DNA of 60,872 nucleotides, the filler included, from Sphacelaria rigidula (taxonomy: Eukaryota), in the NCBI GenBank assembly GCA_964200075.2. It is 6 parts of 6 records of this genome, joined end to end, with 100 filler letters (N's around TTAATTAATTAA, not from the genome) between each part and the next. Parts side by side here need not be neighbours in the genome. Positions count along the whole stretch, not along the records: positions 20,327 to 30,388 come from CAXNAA020007225.1; positions 30,489 to 40,550 come from CAXNAA020007226.1; 4 more parts are not named here. One strand, 5' to 3'. The notes under the pieces are model-generated. The model ran no database searches. It was not told the DNA's origin and saw only the letters and a program-made list of their open reading frames with translations. Below, in pieces: positions 22,216-33,649 of this stretch (its first letter is position 1; every line of letters starts with the position of its first letter). The position numbers were made by a program, and so were the translations under genes.

Positions 22216-25200
22216 TTAAAAACCGTTCCGATATTTGCGCGGGACATTCGTACCCAACTACAGGCCAGTATTGAAGCATCACAAAATACATTCAACTGGA
22301 TCCACGTCATCACCACTCTCTTGGGTGATCGCCTCAATCCCTCGCAGAGAGACACGAGGCGCATCAAAATGGAGAAATGCGAGGTCAATGATGTCATGAT
22401 TACGGCATGCAAGATCACGAGTACTCCCCCCTCCCCCCAGCTTGTCCGAAAACCGCCGTCAAAGATATGGAAGCTTCTGCAAGCTGCTCATTAGCTGCGG
22501 GAGTATTCCACAATACACGTTCAACTGGTTTAGCGAGCTGATTTTTTCCTACACCCCGTCTGTGGGGTACGGCATGCTCTTCATGAAACTCCAGAACTCA
22601 GCCGCGCTCACCGGTGTTTTTCAATCACGACATGAGTTTGGCAGTTTCTGATTCGCGGTCAACAGGTTTTAGAGCCTCCCAAATAGTGTAAATCCTTACA
22701 CCGTTTCTTCAAATATACTTTCAAGATGTGAGTGGCACATGACGTGGGCATGGAGCGCCATCAGTTGACTTCAACGGCGACACGCCACAAGAGCTTCCAG
22801 CCCACGACACTGTTGCCCATGTCACCAGAACGCTGGAATGTGCTCGAGCCGTACAGGTTACGAAGCCTCTAAGCGTACTCGATGCGGTAGACTGTAGAAG
22901 GGCGGAGACACATCAATAGCTCGAATATGAAATTATAACCAGCTCTCCACATAGTCTGAGGCATAATTGGAAATTCGAGGACTTGGTATTTCTGGGTGAT
23001 TCGGAAGAATATCAACTCAAAGACAAGAAGGGGCGCGCGGGGGGGGGGGGGGGGGGGGGGGTGCATATTTTTGTTTGTTTTTTTGTTTTGGCCATTTACC
23101 GAGCGGGNNNNNNNNNNGCGAGGTGCGCGAGCGCGCTCGCTCTTCTCCTGGCCCCCATTCTCCCCCCCAGAGGCCCCCGCCGGGGGGGGAAGGGGGTGTA
23201 CTCATGAACATGCATGCCAGTCATATGACCATTGACCTCATCCCTAGAAAGCCGGGACGGAGCACGCCGGGTTTTCGCCGCACCAAGCTCGCAGTCAGCC
23301 ACCAAGCGCCAAGCGCCGTGATGTGTTCGGCAAGTCGCATAAGGGGGCCCGAAGCGTACTCATTATCTTGCACATGACAGCCTACGATGAGTTGTTTTAT
23401 TTTCTGGTATCGCCACTTGAATAGGCAGCCATGGCTTACACACTGCCCTAAGGGTCTCACCATTCAAACACCACGCGGTATGAGCAACCCCTTGGCGCGG
23501 AGTTGAGGTTTTCTTACCCCGCACAATACGATTCAGCTCAACCACCATCATGGTTACCGCGAAAAAAATGCAAGCGTTGAAAAACGGTAACCAGTTGTCT
23601 AGCTCACGCAGTGAGTGGTGTGTTTTACAGTGTCGTTGCCAACCGACGCCAACCCCGTCGGAGTGGGGGAGAGGGAGGGAACAAACAGCTAGTCCCAAAT
23701 CCCACTACTCAAATCCATACAGAGTCGACTGAAAACCAATCTGAACATGACCTGACGGAAGTACAGGGACCTGACGGGAGTACAGGGACCTGACGGAAGT
23801 ACAGGGCCTGTTTTAATACCCCCGTATTTCCTCACCGGGTGTTGGTATGGGTGGTGCATCCTCTGTTGTTGTTGTTGCTGCTGCTGCTGCTGGCCCTGAA
23901 CATGCGGTTGCTGAACCTGCGACACACCCATTCCGTAAGCCGGCGGCTGCCCTGGAAGTTGGTGCTGCTGCTGTTGCGGCTGCTGCTGCTGCTGCTGCTG
24001 AGGATGATAGGCCACCTGGGCCATGCCCGACATGCTGAGGTCCTGGTAATACCTGTTGGTGCGATGGGAAATGGCAATGCGATGTGTCAGGTATGCGGGA
24101 GAGAGTATTCAAACTTTAAACGCGAAGCGTTCTCCTACTTTGCTGTCATGTTCGCAGATAAAGGTCTGGCAGGAATTAAACAAGAGACGAGGGCAGAGTG
24201 AAGGACAGAAACCGCGCAGAGGGATGTTGAACAACACAAAGCGCCAGACTGGTGAACCCAGGCAACGTGTAACACACGAAGGTGAGCGACAACCCGAGCA
24301 TAATTTGAACATGCTGTCCAACACGCCTCCGTGAGAAAAAAATAAGGGTCTGCTCCGTCTTTGTTGAGACCCATCAGCGCTTCTCCATTATTGAGTCATA
24401 GTTCTCCATCAACACAAACCATTCAAGCAGCTGAGCATGCCTTGAGATCAGTGTGATATTATAACACTAACGACTCTCATTCGCACCGCTTAACGGCTGC
24501 GTCACGAAAATCTCACAACCCCTCACATGGCATGCTGCTGAGCTGCCTGTGCTCCGTAGTAGTCCTGGGCTGTCATGTAGCCACCCGACATGGGCGCACT
24601 GGCGGGTGCACTAGTCGGCGTCTGCAAATGTTGTTGCTGCTGCTGCTGCTGCCGCATCAGTTGCCCTGCCTGTTGCCCAGCTTGGTGCTGCTGCTGCGGA
24701 GATGGTACAACCCCGACCACACCCTGAGCCTGTGCCCCCGCCTGTGCTTGAGCTGTTTGCTGTCCGTGAGTCATGTAGGCGGCGGCCATCACGTGCTGCT
24801 GCTGCTGCTGGGGGTGGTGCACATGAGCTGGGTGCTGCACAAGTTGCTGCTGTTGGGCCTGCTGTCCCCTCTGCTGCTGCTGCGGCTGCTGCAATTGGTG
24901 AGCCATAGGGGTACCTGCTACGGAAACCCCGCGCACTCCTCCCCCAGGCACAACCATCCCTATTCCGCCGGGAGAACCGGTGGCGGCAGCGGCGGCGGCG
25001 GCTTGAGCATGGTCTACGTAACCATGCGCGTAAATACCGTGGGGTCCAGGGACAGGACCCGCGCCGTAAGCTACCCCTGGTGCTCCGCCGGTCGCGGCAC
25101 CGGCGGTGGCAACCACCGCGGCCATAGCCTGGGCCTGAGCATCCATGTGGGCTTGCTGCCACTGTTGAGGGGATTGCATCACCATCATCCCTGGCTGCTG

Positions 25201-27778
25201 TTGATGTTAATGTCATTTGTTGTTGTCGTTGTTGATGTTGGGAGGAGGGAGGGAGTTGCGTTTGGTTGATAATCAGCGAATTGTTTGTAAAATACGCGGA
25301 GTGATAAAGGAGGTCGTGTGGTCATGTTTTGAAACCCCCGAAAACTTTTCGTACCGCAGAGCTGCTGTCACGAGGAAATCTTGTGTACCGCATTGCGGTG
25401 GGGATGGGTAAGGAAGTTGGCATGTGGAGCATCTGAGCGACGCAGTTCTGTTGTTGTCAAGACGGGAAACACTACGGACCGAGACGAGCGGTGGCGGGGG
25501 GGATTTGTGGGCCTCGCCGACAAGTTAGTCTTGTGGTTGAAAACTTGCGTGAGCCATTCGGTCAATCACAAACACAGCACGCACATACACGTGAATACGA
25601 CACACAAACACACCTGCCCCACCATCGGACCGCGGAAATACCCTTGCATCCCGGGTATTCCTGGCATCATCGCGTGAACCGGCTGCCCGGGGGCGTTCGT
25701 CGCCTGTTTTTTCCCCGACATGAAAAAAAGAAAGGACACTCGGAATTGCACTTTGCTGGCAGGACTCCCCCACTCCCCCCTCACGACGGTTTGGTCATAC
25801 AAAAAGTACGAACGACTAACCGAGGTGTGAAAGAAGAAACGACCCGAGGAAAGGAATGCCCAAGCACTCTATACAAGACCCGCTGCCGATTTGAACCTGA
25901 CACACGCACACATACTAGACCGTGGTACACTGGTGCGCACGTTTCTGGAGGAGACGAAATCCCTACCCTTCCAGGAATACGCGAACCCGTTGCATTCGCG
26001 GATGCGTGATGACCACCCGCGCATCACGTTCTCTCCATGTACTTGATATAATGGTGCATCAGGGGAGTCATCGTAATGGTGCAAGTACATTTCCCTACTC
26101 CTCCTCTTCACCCTCTCTCAAGGACGCAACCGAGACACAAACGTACAGACGCATACATGTAACTTTCCCTTTCCTCGCTCATCAAACCCACCTGATGCTG
26201 GTGCATCAATCGCGGAGGCGGAGGTGGTTGCTGCTGTCCCTGTCCCTGCCCGGCGCCCCCCGCCCCCGCAAAACCAACCCCTCCCGTGCCCCCATTCGGG
26301 TCCGCGAGCTGCCGATAAGGTGCAAAACTCGGGCGATAGTTGTCGTAGTTACGCACAAAGTCCGGGTCCGACTTCTCCGCCATGCGGTTGCGCTGCATCC
26401 CTCGCTGACCCTTCCACTCCCCTGCATTTACCGGTGCTCTCCGATTTCCCCGCCCTCCAGTCCCCCTCCCGCCAGCGCCCCTCCCAGCGCCGTCCTGACG
26501 TCTGAAATCTCCCGATACGACACCGTTACCGCGGTCGGTGCCGGCGCCGGCGCCGACGCCGCCGGTGCCACTGCTGCTGCCGACAGCGGCGGCACTCCGT
26601 TCCCCATCGCCCCTCCCAGGTAGAGGCTTGCCTCGTCCCCTGCCAAACCCGGGCGTACCATCGGGGCCCTGAGATGTGATCGCTCCGCCGGCTTGCTTCG
26701 CCTCGCGCTCGCCCCCCCTTCCGCCCGCCACCGTAGTCGCGGTTGTCCCTGTGAGTTTTCCCTTGCTACTGCTTTCCACCCCGCCTCCTTGCCCCGGCGC
26801 GGTCGCCACCGGCGCGGACGTCGACGTCGCCGCTACTCCTCCTCCACTGCATGAACTACCCTTCGATTGCTGTCCTTTTTTGGCGACAACCGAGACGGCA
26901 GACCCGCCGCGTCCAGTGCCAGTGCCAGTTGCCGTGGTCTCACCAGCGGCACCACGACCAGCGCCCGCACCAGCTGCTACAGCAGTAGCGGCGTCGACCT
27001 TCATAGCTCCACCAGTCGCGGCGGCGGCGGAAACGGGGTTGTCACCAGAAGCTACGGGAGATGAAGCGGTGTCGTTTCTTGGCGGTGTAGCCGCCTTCCC
27101 GTTGGCGACTGGAGTAGGTGATCCGTTCTTCTTGGTCCCCATCATTTTCGGGGACGATGATAATGCTGGTGGTGATGTTGACGGCCCTGCCTCTGCCGTG
27201 GGCTCCCCGGCCGCCGCAACGCCGGCGCCGGCATCGTTCCCGGAAACAGAGGCCGAGCTCCCGGATGGTGGCGGGGCCTGCGGCGACTGCGGAGGAGGGC
27301 TCTTGGTTCCGAATATCCGAGCCCTGGCTTCGGCGTACTCCCGTTCTCGGTCTTCCACCGTCTTTACCTTTTCGGATGTTTTTTTCACCGGTAAGTTCAT
27401 ACCATGAACGCAAACCAACAGCGAGCGGTGAAAATCGATGAGGCGTGGCGACGGAGGGTTCGGATGTTTAGAATGTTGATGACGTTTTGAAACGTTGGGA
27501 TTTTTTGGAAAATCGTGACACGATCAATCCAAACCAAACCCTACCAGGTGTCAATCATATTAAACAAGCTAGAACACCACTGTGAGAGTGACTTTCCTGG
27601 TACAAAAAAAGACACCGCCGAATATCGATTCACGCACATGCGTAAAACTCAAGACGAGCCCGAAAAGCGACGCCCCGCTACGAAACCATGGCCGGAACCA
27701 CCCTATGACAGCACGCTGCACACCATCCACCCTCCCTCCTCCCATTCCTTCCCTCTAACTTCATTTGTCAATTGAGCC

Positions 27779-27816
<38 letters not shown>

Positions 27817-29919
27817 TCCCCCCCCCCCCCCCCCCCCCCCTCTCCCCCCACTCCCCCCCCCGAGCCCCGGGGCCGNNNNNNNNNNCCCCTATGACAGCCC
27901 GCTGCACCCCATCCCCCCTCCCCCCCCCCCTTCCTTCCCTCTAACTTCATTTGTCAATTGGCCCCCCCCCCCCCCCCTCCTCCCCTAATCCACCTGTTTT
28001 TCCGCCCCCCCCCCGGCCTGATCCTTATCCAAAGACTTCGCGCGAGGATCGTCGGGGCTGCGGCGCATGAGCTTGATGGGCGCGCCTTTGCTCCCCATCG
28101 CCGCTGCCGCCGTCGCCGCCATCACCGCCTCCGCCGCCAGCTTTCTCTGGTTCTCGGCGTGGACCGCGGAAAGCAAAACGGTCGGCACCGAGGTTTCTTC
28201 GGACCGAATGAACACGGTCGCCCGCTGCTCTTTTCCATTGGGGGTGGTTGCCGGCGTGGTTAACACTGCGTGGGCGTGTTTGTTGGTAGGCCGAAGGACG
28301 CGAGGGACGCGGTGGGGAAGAGGGAAATTGTAATTCATAGAACATTCTGAAGATGGAGAAAATGGGGCCGTATTCCGGAACACGATGTACGAAATACTCT
28401 TCTTGAAAACATGAGCATCTCACTTCGTGCTTAACCCCGGACTCCGTTTTGGATCCAAGTGTGCGTTGCTACCAGTGTCACCTCCCAGTGAAGGGGGATT
28501 CGTTTGTGCCACACGGACTCCCATGAACCGAGAGAAGCGTGCCCGCCCTGGAATACACCCTCATCCTCGCTCATTTCCCACCCGTCGGCGCTGGCTCTTG
28601 GTCGTTCAAGCTTGGTCGGTATGCTACCCGCCCACGTGATTGCGGAGGCCTCCGCAAAAAAAACATTACAAAAAGAGGCGCAATGTCACGTCCTGTATGT
28701 ACGGCTATTCGCGTACTGGTCGTGATATCGGGATAACATCGCGACATACACAAGTGACACCTGTACAGAACATAGACCCTGTTGGCAACCGTGTAAGCCC
28801 CCACCACCCCTCACCACAACCGTGTCATGGCCCCACACAAGCAAGTGTAGTGAAATGCGCTTACAACCATGCTATTCCAGATAAGAATATCTGCACACAA
28901 GGTGGATAGACGGTGTTCAAGTACCAAGAGGCGAAACAGGTTGAGATGTTTTTGAATGACGTTTACATCGTAGAGCTGACGGAGGACAGCGATCACCCAG
29001 CGGTCCATTCTCGCACAATGACGCTTCTAACAAAAATGCAAAGTGCACTGTTAACAGGGACAAGCAGTCTCTACACGACAAGATCCCTCATATATTCCAG
29101 CGGAACATGATCGAATGTCAGTGAGGTACTGTACGGGCCAACTGATAATGAGCTGTGTTGCTTCGGGTAATGCGTGAAATCGTGGACTAGACCAGGAGCC
29201 AAAGTTCTTGACCGACCAGTACTTCTTGCCGCCGGTGTTTGGTCCCGTAAATTATTACATATCAGTTTTTTTCATACGAGTGTGGGGCGTCGCTTTTCCC
29301 CACGTGCCATGCCGGAACTGCATTCAACTTTTGGGGGTAATGGAAACAAAAATTCATAAAATAGTTCCTCGCAGAACGCTTCGCCCATAGACGCCCACCA
29401 TACAACCAGTCTTGGTCGAAGCATGCCGTCTATTGGGTATGTCCTGGAACTCGATACATCAACAAGGAACTGTCCACAGTAATGTGATACATCATAGCGC
29501 AGAAAAAGCAGGCACCAGCGCCGGAGGAAGCAACCGACGCACACGGCGGTCGCTTCCACGAAAAAATCTGGCCACTTTATGTACCGAAGTCTGGGCATCG
29601 TACATGAAAAACGAGGAAAACGGACACAGAACCATCAGGACCTACCGACATGCAGCAAAAGCAGTGAACATAATGAAAGCGAAACAAGTGAACCCGAAAC
29701 TAGACAGCAAGAAGGGAAAAAAAATGTCACCTCCGTTGCCAGTAGTTGCGATAGCTTCTCTCTCCTGTGCGGAGGTGGCCTTCAGCAGCTTGAACCTCGC
29801 CGCCAGCCGGTACGCGATCAGCCTCTGGTACGACGACCTGGGCGGCAGGACTATGTGTGGCTTCGGGTCTTTGGCCATCGCGAAGCACGTCAACTCATCT
29901 TCGAGCTTCAGTACGTAGT
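22216..29919 (-). CDS. R3H- and SUZ-domain RNA-binding protein with SUZ-C motif and Gln-rich C-terminus (5'-incomplete, multi-exon)
   Basis: Phase-consistent GT-AG exons 29919-29731, 28265-27994, 27367-26192, 25703-25614, 25197-24527 and 24052-23836, plus a tentative last exon 22257-22216 (LGTNVPRKYRNGF*). Motifs: YVLKLEDEL...LPPRSSYQRLIAYRLAARFKL (R3H), IKLMRR...KTVEDREREYAEARARIFG (SUZ), GPDGTPGF (SUZ-C), EKSDPDFVRNY. Confidence 0.88.
23185..23665 (+). mobile_element. Interspersed element starting with G-tract-TGTACTCATGA
   Basis: The terminus motif recurs at about 7440, 20210 and 58030, and inverted at 22370-22440. The body is homologous to 20-372. Confidence 0.6.
23750..23808 (+). repeat. 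19-bp tandem repeat x3 (GACCTGACGGRAGTACAGG)
   Basis: Directly visible, intronic. Confidence 0.92.
23836..24052 (-). CDS. R3H/SUZ gene polyQ exon
   Basis: Phase 2-0. Encodes MYYQDLSMSGMAQVAYHPQQQ...HPYQHP, followed by donor GTGAGG. Confidence 0.82.
24527..25197 (-). CDS. R3H/SUZ gene Gln/Ala/Gly-rich exon
   Basis: Phase 0-2, polyQ tracts, donor AT|GTGAGG. Confidence 0.85.
25614..25703 (-). CDS. R3H/SUZ gene exon
   Basis: Phase 0-0. Encodes ATNAPGQPVHAMMPGIPGMQGYFRGPMVGQ. Confidence 0.75.
26192..27367 (-). CDS. R3H/SUZ gene large exon (SUZ core, SUZ-C, Gly/Arg-rich)
   Basis: 392 codons, phase 0-0. Starts VKTVEDREREYAEARARIFG. Confidence 0.9.
27994..28265 (-). CDS. R3H/SUZ gene exon
   Basis: Phase 1-0. 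Encodes ATVFIRSEETSVP...PIKLMRR. Confidence 0.82.
29731..29919 (-). CDS. R3H-domain exon of the R3H/SUZ gene
   Basis: Phase 1-1. Encodes DYVLKLEDELTCFAMAKDPKPHIVLPPRSSYQRLIAYRLAARFKL. Confidence 0.88.
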
Positions 29920-30388
29920 CTGCAAGCAGCAAACCAACCGTATGACCAAAATCGAAACGAAATACAACGGGAACGTGTCGTGGAATGAGAGCTATGGGTG
30001 GAGTTGGGTTGTTATACACGGGACACGATTTGGGGGACATGAATTCAAGAGTAACGGCAAGAGCCGCAGAGGATGTAAAAAAAGAAAACGACCTGAAGAA
30101 AAGTAAATAAACGATCTCCAGGGAGGGGCGGGGGCAGGGAGTTATCTTCCACAACCGTACCTGCAGCAGTGGGGGTCACGGTTCAAGAGAGCTCAGTTCA
30201 AGAGAGGTCGAAAAAGCTTGGCACACCACTCTCTTGAACCGAGCCCTGCTTTCTCTTAAACCGAATTCTCTTTTCTCTCCAACCGGATCCACCCCCAAAC
30301 CCCCCGCACTTTTACTGTACAGTACTGTAGTTGGTAACCTCGAAACCTTCTGACGGTTGGGTCGTGGGTTCATATCTCGGAGTGATCT

Positions 30389-30488
30389 NNNNNNNNNNNN
30401 NNNNNNNNNNNNNNNNNNNNNNNNNNNNNNNNTTAATTAATTAANNNNNNNNNNNNNNNNNNNNNNNNNNNNNNNNNNNNNNNNNNNN
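30389..30488. other. Artificial scaffold-joining linker
   Basis: Same 44N-TTAATTAATTAA-44N structure. Confidence 0.98.
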
Positions 30489-30750
30489 GGATGACTCCGT
30501 GGTCTCAAGGGATCAACCCATCTCTCTCCCTGTACGTGCCTTTCATTTTGGTCTCGCGGATTGGGTCAGCACTTCCGCACCGTGTCAACTCACGTCACAC
30601 AAACCCAGTCGAGTTCTTTGTTTACTCACGTTCTCACGCTTTCCACGGTGGAAATCATACATGACGAAAAAAGACCCCAACGCATCGGGAATCGAACCCC
30701 TGTTCTCTCCACCCTAATGGCGACAGTCGGACAATTACACCGCCGGGGCT
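30489..30750 (-). mobile_element. tRNA-derived SINE, same family as 19423-19720
   Basis: Minus-strand GGGGTTCGATTCCC B box plus collinear body. Confidence 0.7.
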
Positions 30751-30858
30751 TGTAGTTTCTAGAAGACACAGTGCCCACTCGCACACATACTCACGTGAAC
30801 CTCTTTCGGTATACCAGTAGATACTCGGACATTTTTTTGGATTGCATTCGTTTTTCTG

Positions 30859-31065
30859 TATTCTGGACGCCGGTCTACACCTTTCGATATATGTGGGCGC
30901 ACCAGCCGGGGTCACATAGAAGGAAGATCAACACATGGTTTTTCTTTCTTGTCTTGTTGTAGTACCCCGCCTTCCTCCTGTTGTGCTTGCCTTTATTCCT
31001 TTTGATCGCGAGAGGGGTCCAGCAGCCCCGTTCCCTCGTCGACCGTGGGGTCGAATTTTTCTCCG
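30859..31065 (+). repeat. Dispersed repeat, same family as 11361-11490
   Basis: Collinear match over more than 100 bp. Confidence 0.8.
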
Positions 31066-31699
31066 CACGAGTACATCCAATTTATTGGATTACCCGGGCG
31101 CGGCGCCGAAGTGGGAACAACCTCAAGTTCATGCGAAGTCAGCTCCAATATCAAAATATTCCGGTGCCAGACGCAGCGCTGCGCCGCATGCCCAGGCACG
31201 TCATGTTGCCATGTTTTGACGCCAATATGCCGACTACATTATGAGCGAGAAGCTTCGAAAAGTTGGCGTACACATTTAGACAAAGAGTACCCGAAGATTG
31301 ACAACTCTGTTTGCCCGTCTGAGTTCGATCTCCAAGCACGTGTCGATGCGGCCACCTTCACCTACGATCCTTGGCACCGCGCAACGGAATGCGGCATCGT
31401 CGAAGACGGAGAGGTAACGCTCCCATTGCTCACCGTCCCTGTGTCAGAGGGGTCCCATCGTGATATCTGTCGTGGTCTGATCACGAGGTGATACTGGCGT
31501 CACTCTCAAAGCACACACTCGGCCCGGGGTGACACGAGGTCAGCGGCTGGCCACATTGAACAATCGCAGTCGAGGGAAATGACACTTGAGCTCGTGAGTA
31601 ACAGACCATCGAGTCCGATAAGCACTGCATCGCAAGGCCAAGCAGGGACTCACTTTCACGTGCAGAAGAGGTGCTCTTGACTTACTTGCAAGGGAGATG

Positions 31700-32350
31700 T
31701 CTCCAAGTGGTGGCTGATAGCTGTTATTAATTAGTCTTAGCTAGGCAGCTAAACGAGAGTTGCTGGGTGCTGGAAGTTGTGTGGGCAGTGGGCTCCGGTC
31801 AAGGACGCCCGATTGGAATACAACACCAATATGCGAATGGAATAAGACCTACTGCACTTGCCACGCGTACTGCAAAACGCCTACTACACATACAGTCGAT
31901 ATCCGCCGTAACATATCAGCGGCCACCAGCTCACCTTGCCGGCGGCGCACGTGCACGAGCGACAGATGCCCGGGCAGAGTTTCCACAGCCACGCAGGTGG
32001 CCGCGATAGTACTCACATGTGCGCCGACCCCCGTAACACTCGTCGTCGGCCGAAAGTAGCCGTTGTCGCAAGGAATCGCAGCAGCCCTCAACGCAAGGGC
32101 CATGAAATGTTTGTCCAATCTCCACCTTACCTACAGGTGCTCCCACTTGTACTGCATCAACTCTATCTTGCAGAATCCGTGGGTGGAAATATAGTCGATG
32201 ACAGCCATGGGTGTGCCGTACATGTTCAACACCTGCGCTTGATGGAAGTCGTGCATTGCTCTGAATCCTCGGCCTGAAACAGTCTCGATAAGGTTTTTGC
32301 GCGATCGTGTACAGTCTCCCAATCTGCCTCTGCCTCTTCCTCATCTTCTT
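31700..32350 (-). pseudogene. Decayed Ulp1-like (peptidase C48) protease coding region, probably transposon cargo
   Basis: One frame with TAG stops reads WEHL*VRWRLDKHFMALAL...PGHLSLVHVRRRQGELVAADML...SPLPTQLPAPSNSRLAA. The His-to-Asp spacing is 17, as in Ulp1/SENP. The presumed catalytic Cys position reads Arg (CGT). Confidence 0.45.
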
Positions 32351-33649
32351 GCGCAGCGTCTTTTCTCGCGGCGTCGATCCATGTCTACTTGCGCCGGCGC
32401 GGGACATCGCCGATCCTCGTAGAACTGCGCCCCCGTGTTCCCGTTGTGGCGTACCACCACCAGACCGAACGTTCGCGGTGCCCACCAAACCCGCCCCGCC
32501 ATCCCACGCCGCCGACACGGCGACATCATTCGCCGCGGCGGTGAGAGGCGCACGAACAGAATCCGCTTGCCTTCCACTCCTTGCTTGTAAAACGCAAATC
32601 CGGATCATCACTCGAGATATTTCAAACGTCATAGACTGCTCAGCAATGCCAACAGTGCCGTCAGCGCATCATCCGTCAGAAACTGATTCATGAGTTGAAT
32701 ATTCGGCACAAGACCCATACATTTAGATAGTTTGTAGTATTCTAAATTATTTGCGCGAAGCGAGATTATGTCCGAGCGTTCAAGATCGGCACCCGGCAAA
32801 CACTGAGGATCCGTTTAAAATCAAACGAAGACCTAAAACATGGGGCATGTCTTGTTTACCGTAGTGCAGCACATAGACACTCACATCGGCTCTCATGTGC
32901 TGTATCTATCACTGTTCTGCGGTGTATTTAGACGTTGCGAAGACGGTTTGGTCTCGGCTGAGATTGCTTGATGTACTGTATTGTTGTGTTCGTCTCTCTG
33001 TAACACATAGCATCAGTCAGAACGCAGTGCTGTCTATACACTTGATTGTCTACTGAAAACTTCATGTTACCCGGACCCCATCACTTGCGCGATACCGAAC
33101 ATGGCTGGGTTAAGGCACACAACCAGCACCAGTATACACCGCTCGACCGGCTGGGCCAGACGCCATTCTCCGATGAAAGGAGCAACACGCAGCACAGTGC
33201 GGATATATTGTACCGCCAAGGTACTGCTTGTACTCGTCAGTATGACGGCTGCTGCCGCTGGCATCGGCGGCAGCACCCACGGCCACGGGAATACACAACC
33301 AGCCATACTAAGATTGGGATATACTGAAACACGAGCACCGCAATGACCCACGGCGGCGGCAATGTACCACTCGCTGTCTGCTTGTCTGCTTGCAGCTCCA
33401 TTTCTCTGTTGCTGTTCTATCCATCCCGGCGTACACTACAGGTGTGACTCAAGCCTGCGAGCTAATCACAAGCAGTTTTGACTACATGATTCACTACGAA
33501 GGTCGCATTTCATCGGCGCTAGATTCTGCCGATTCCTCGCTGAAGGGTCTCTGACTGGTTGAATTTCAATTTTCACTACAAATATTTATCCCTATGTATG
33601 GGCGTTGTGCCGAATATTCCTCGATATGTCGGCAGCATATTTCTGGTCT

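Noticed and set aside
20205..22440. One element bounded by inverted G-tract-GTACTC ends
   Set aside because: The two ends are on different scaffolds separated by a linker.
24532..27407. Long plus-strand ORFs 24532-25269, 25922-26623, 26676-27407 (and 55651-56388)
   Set aside because: They are antisense shadows of GC-rich minus-strand exons.
27700..27985. Tandem duplication around a 10-N gap with poly-C runs
   Set aside because: This looks like unmerged overlapping contig ends with homopolymer sequencing noise. The gaps near 7349, 14048 and 23108 show similar homopolymer or duplicated flanks.
31045..31491. SWIM-finger/MULE transposase on the plus strand
   Set aside because: The ORF starts inside a non-coding dispersed repeat, the Cys spacing does not fit CxC-x(n)-CxH, and neighbouring remnants are on the minus strand.
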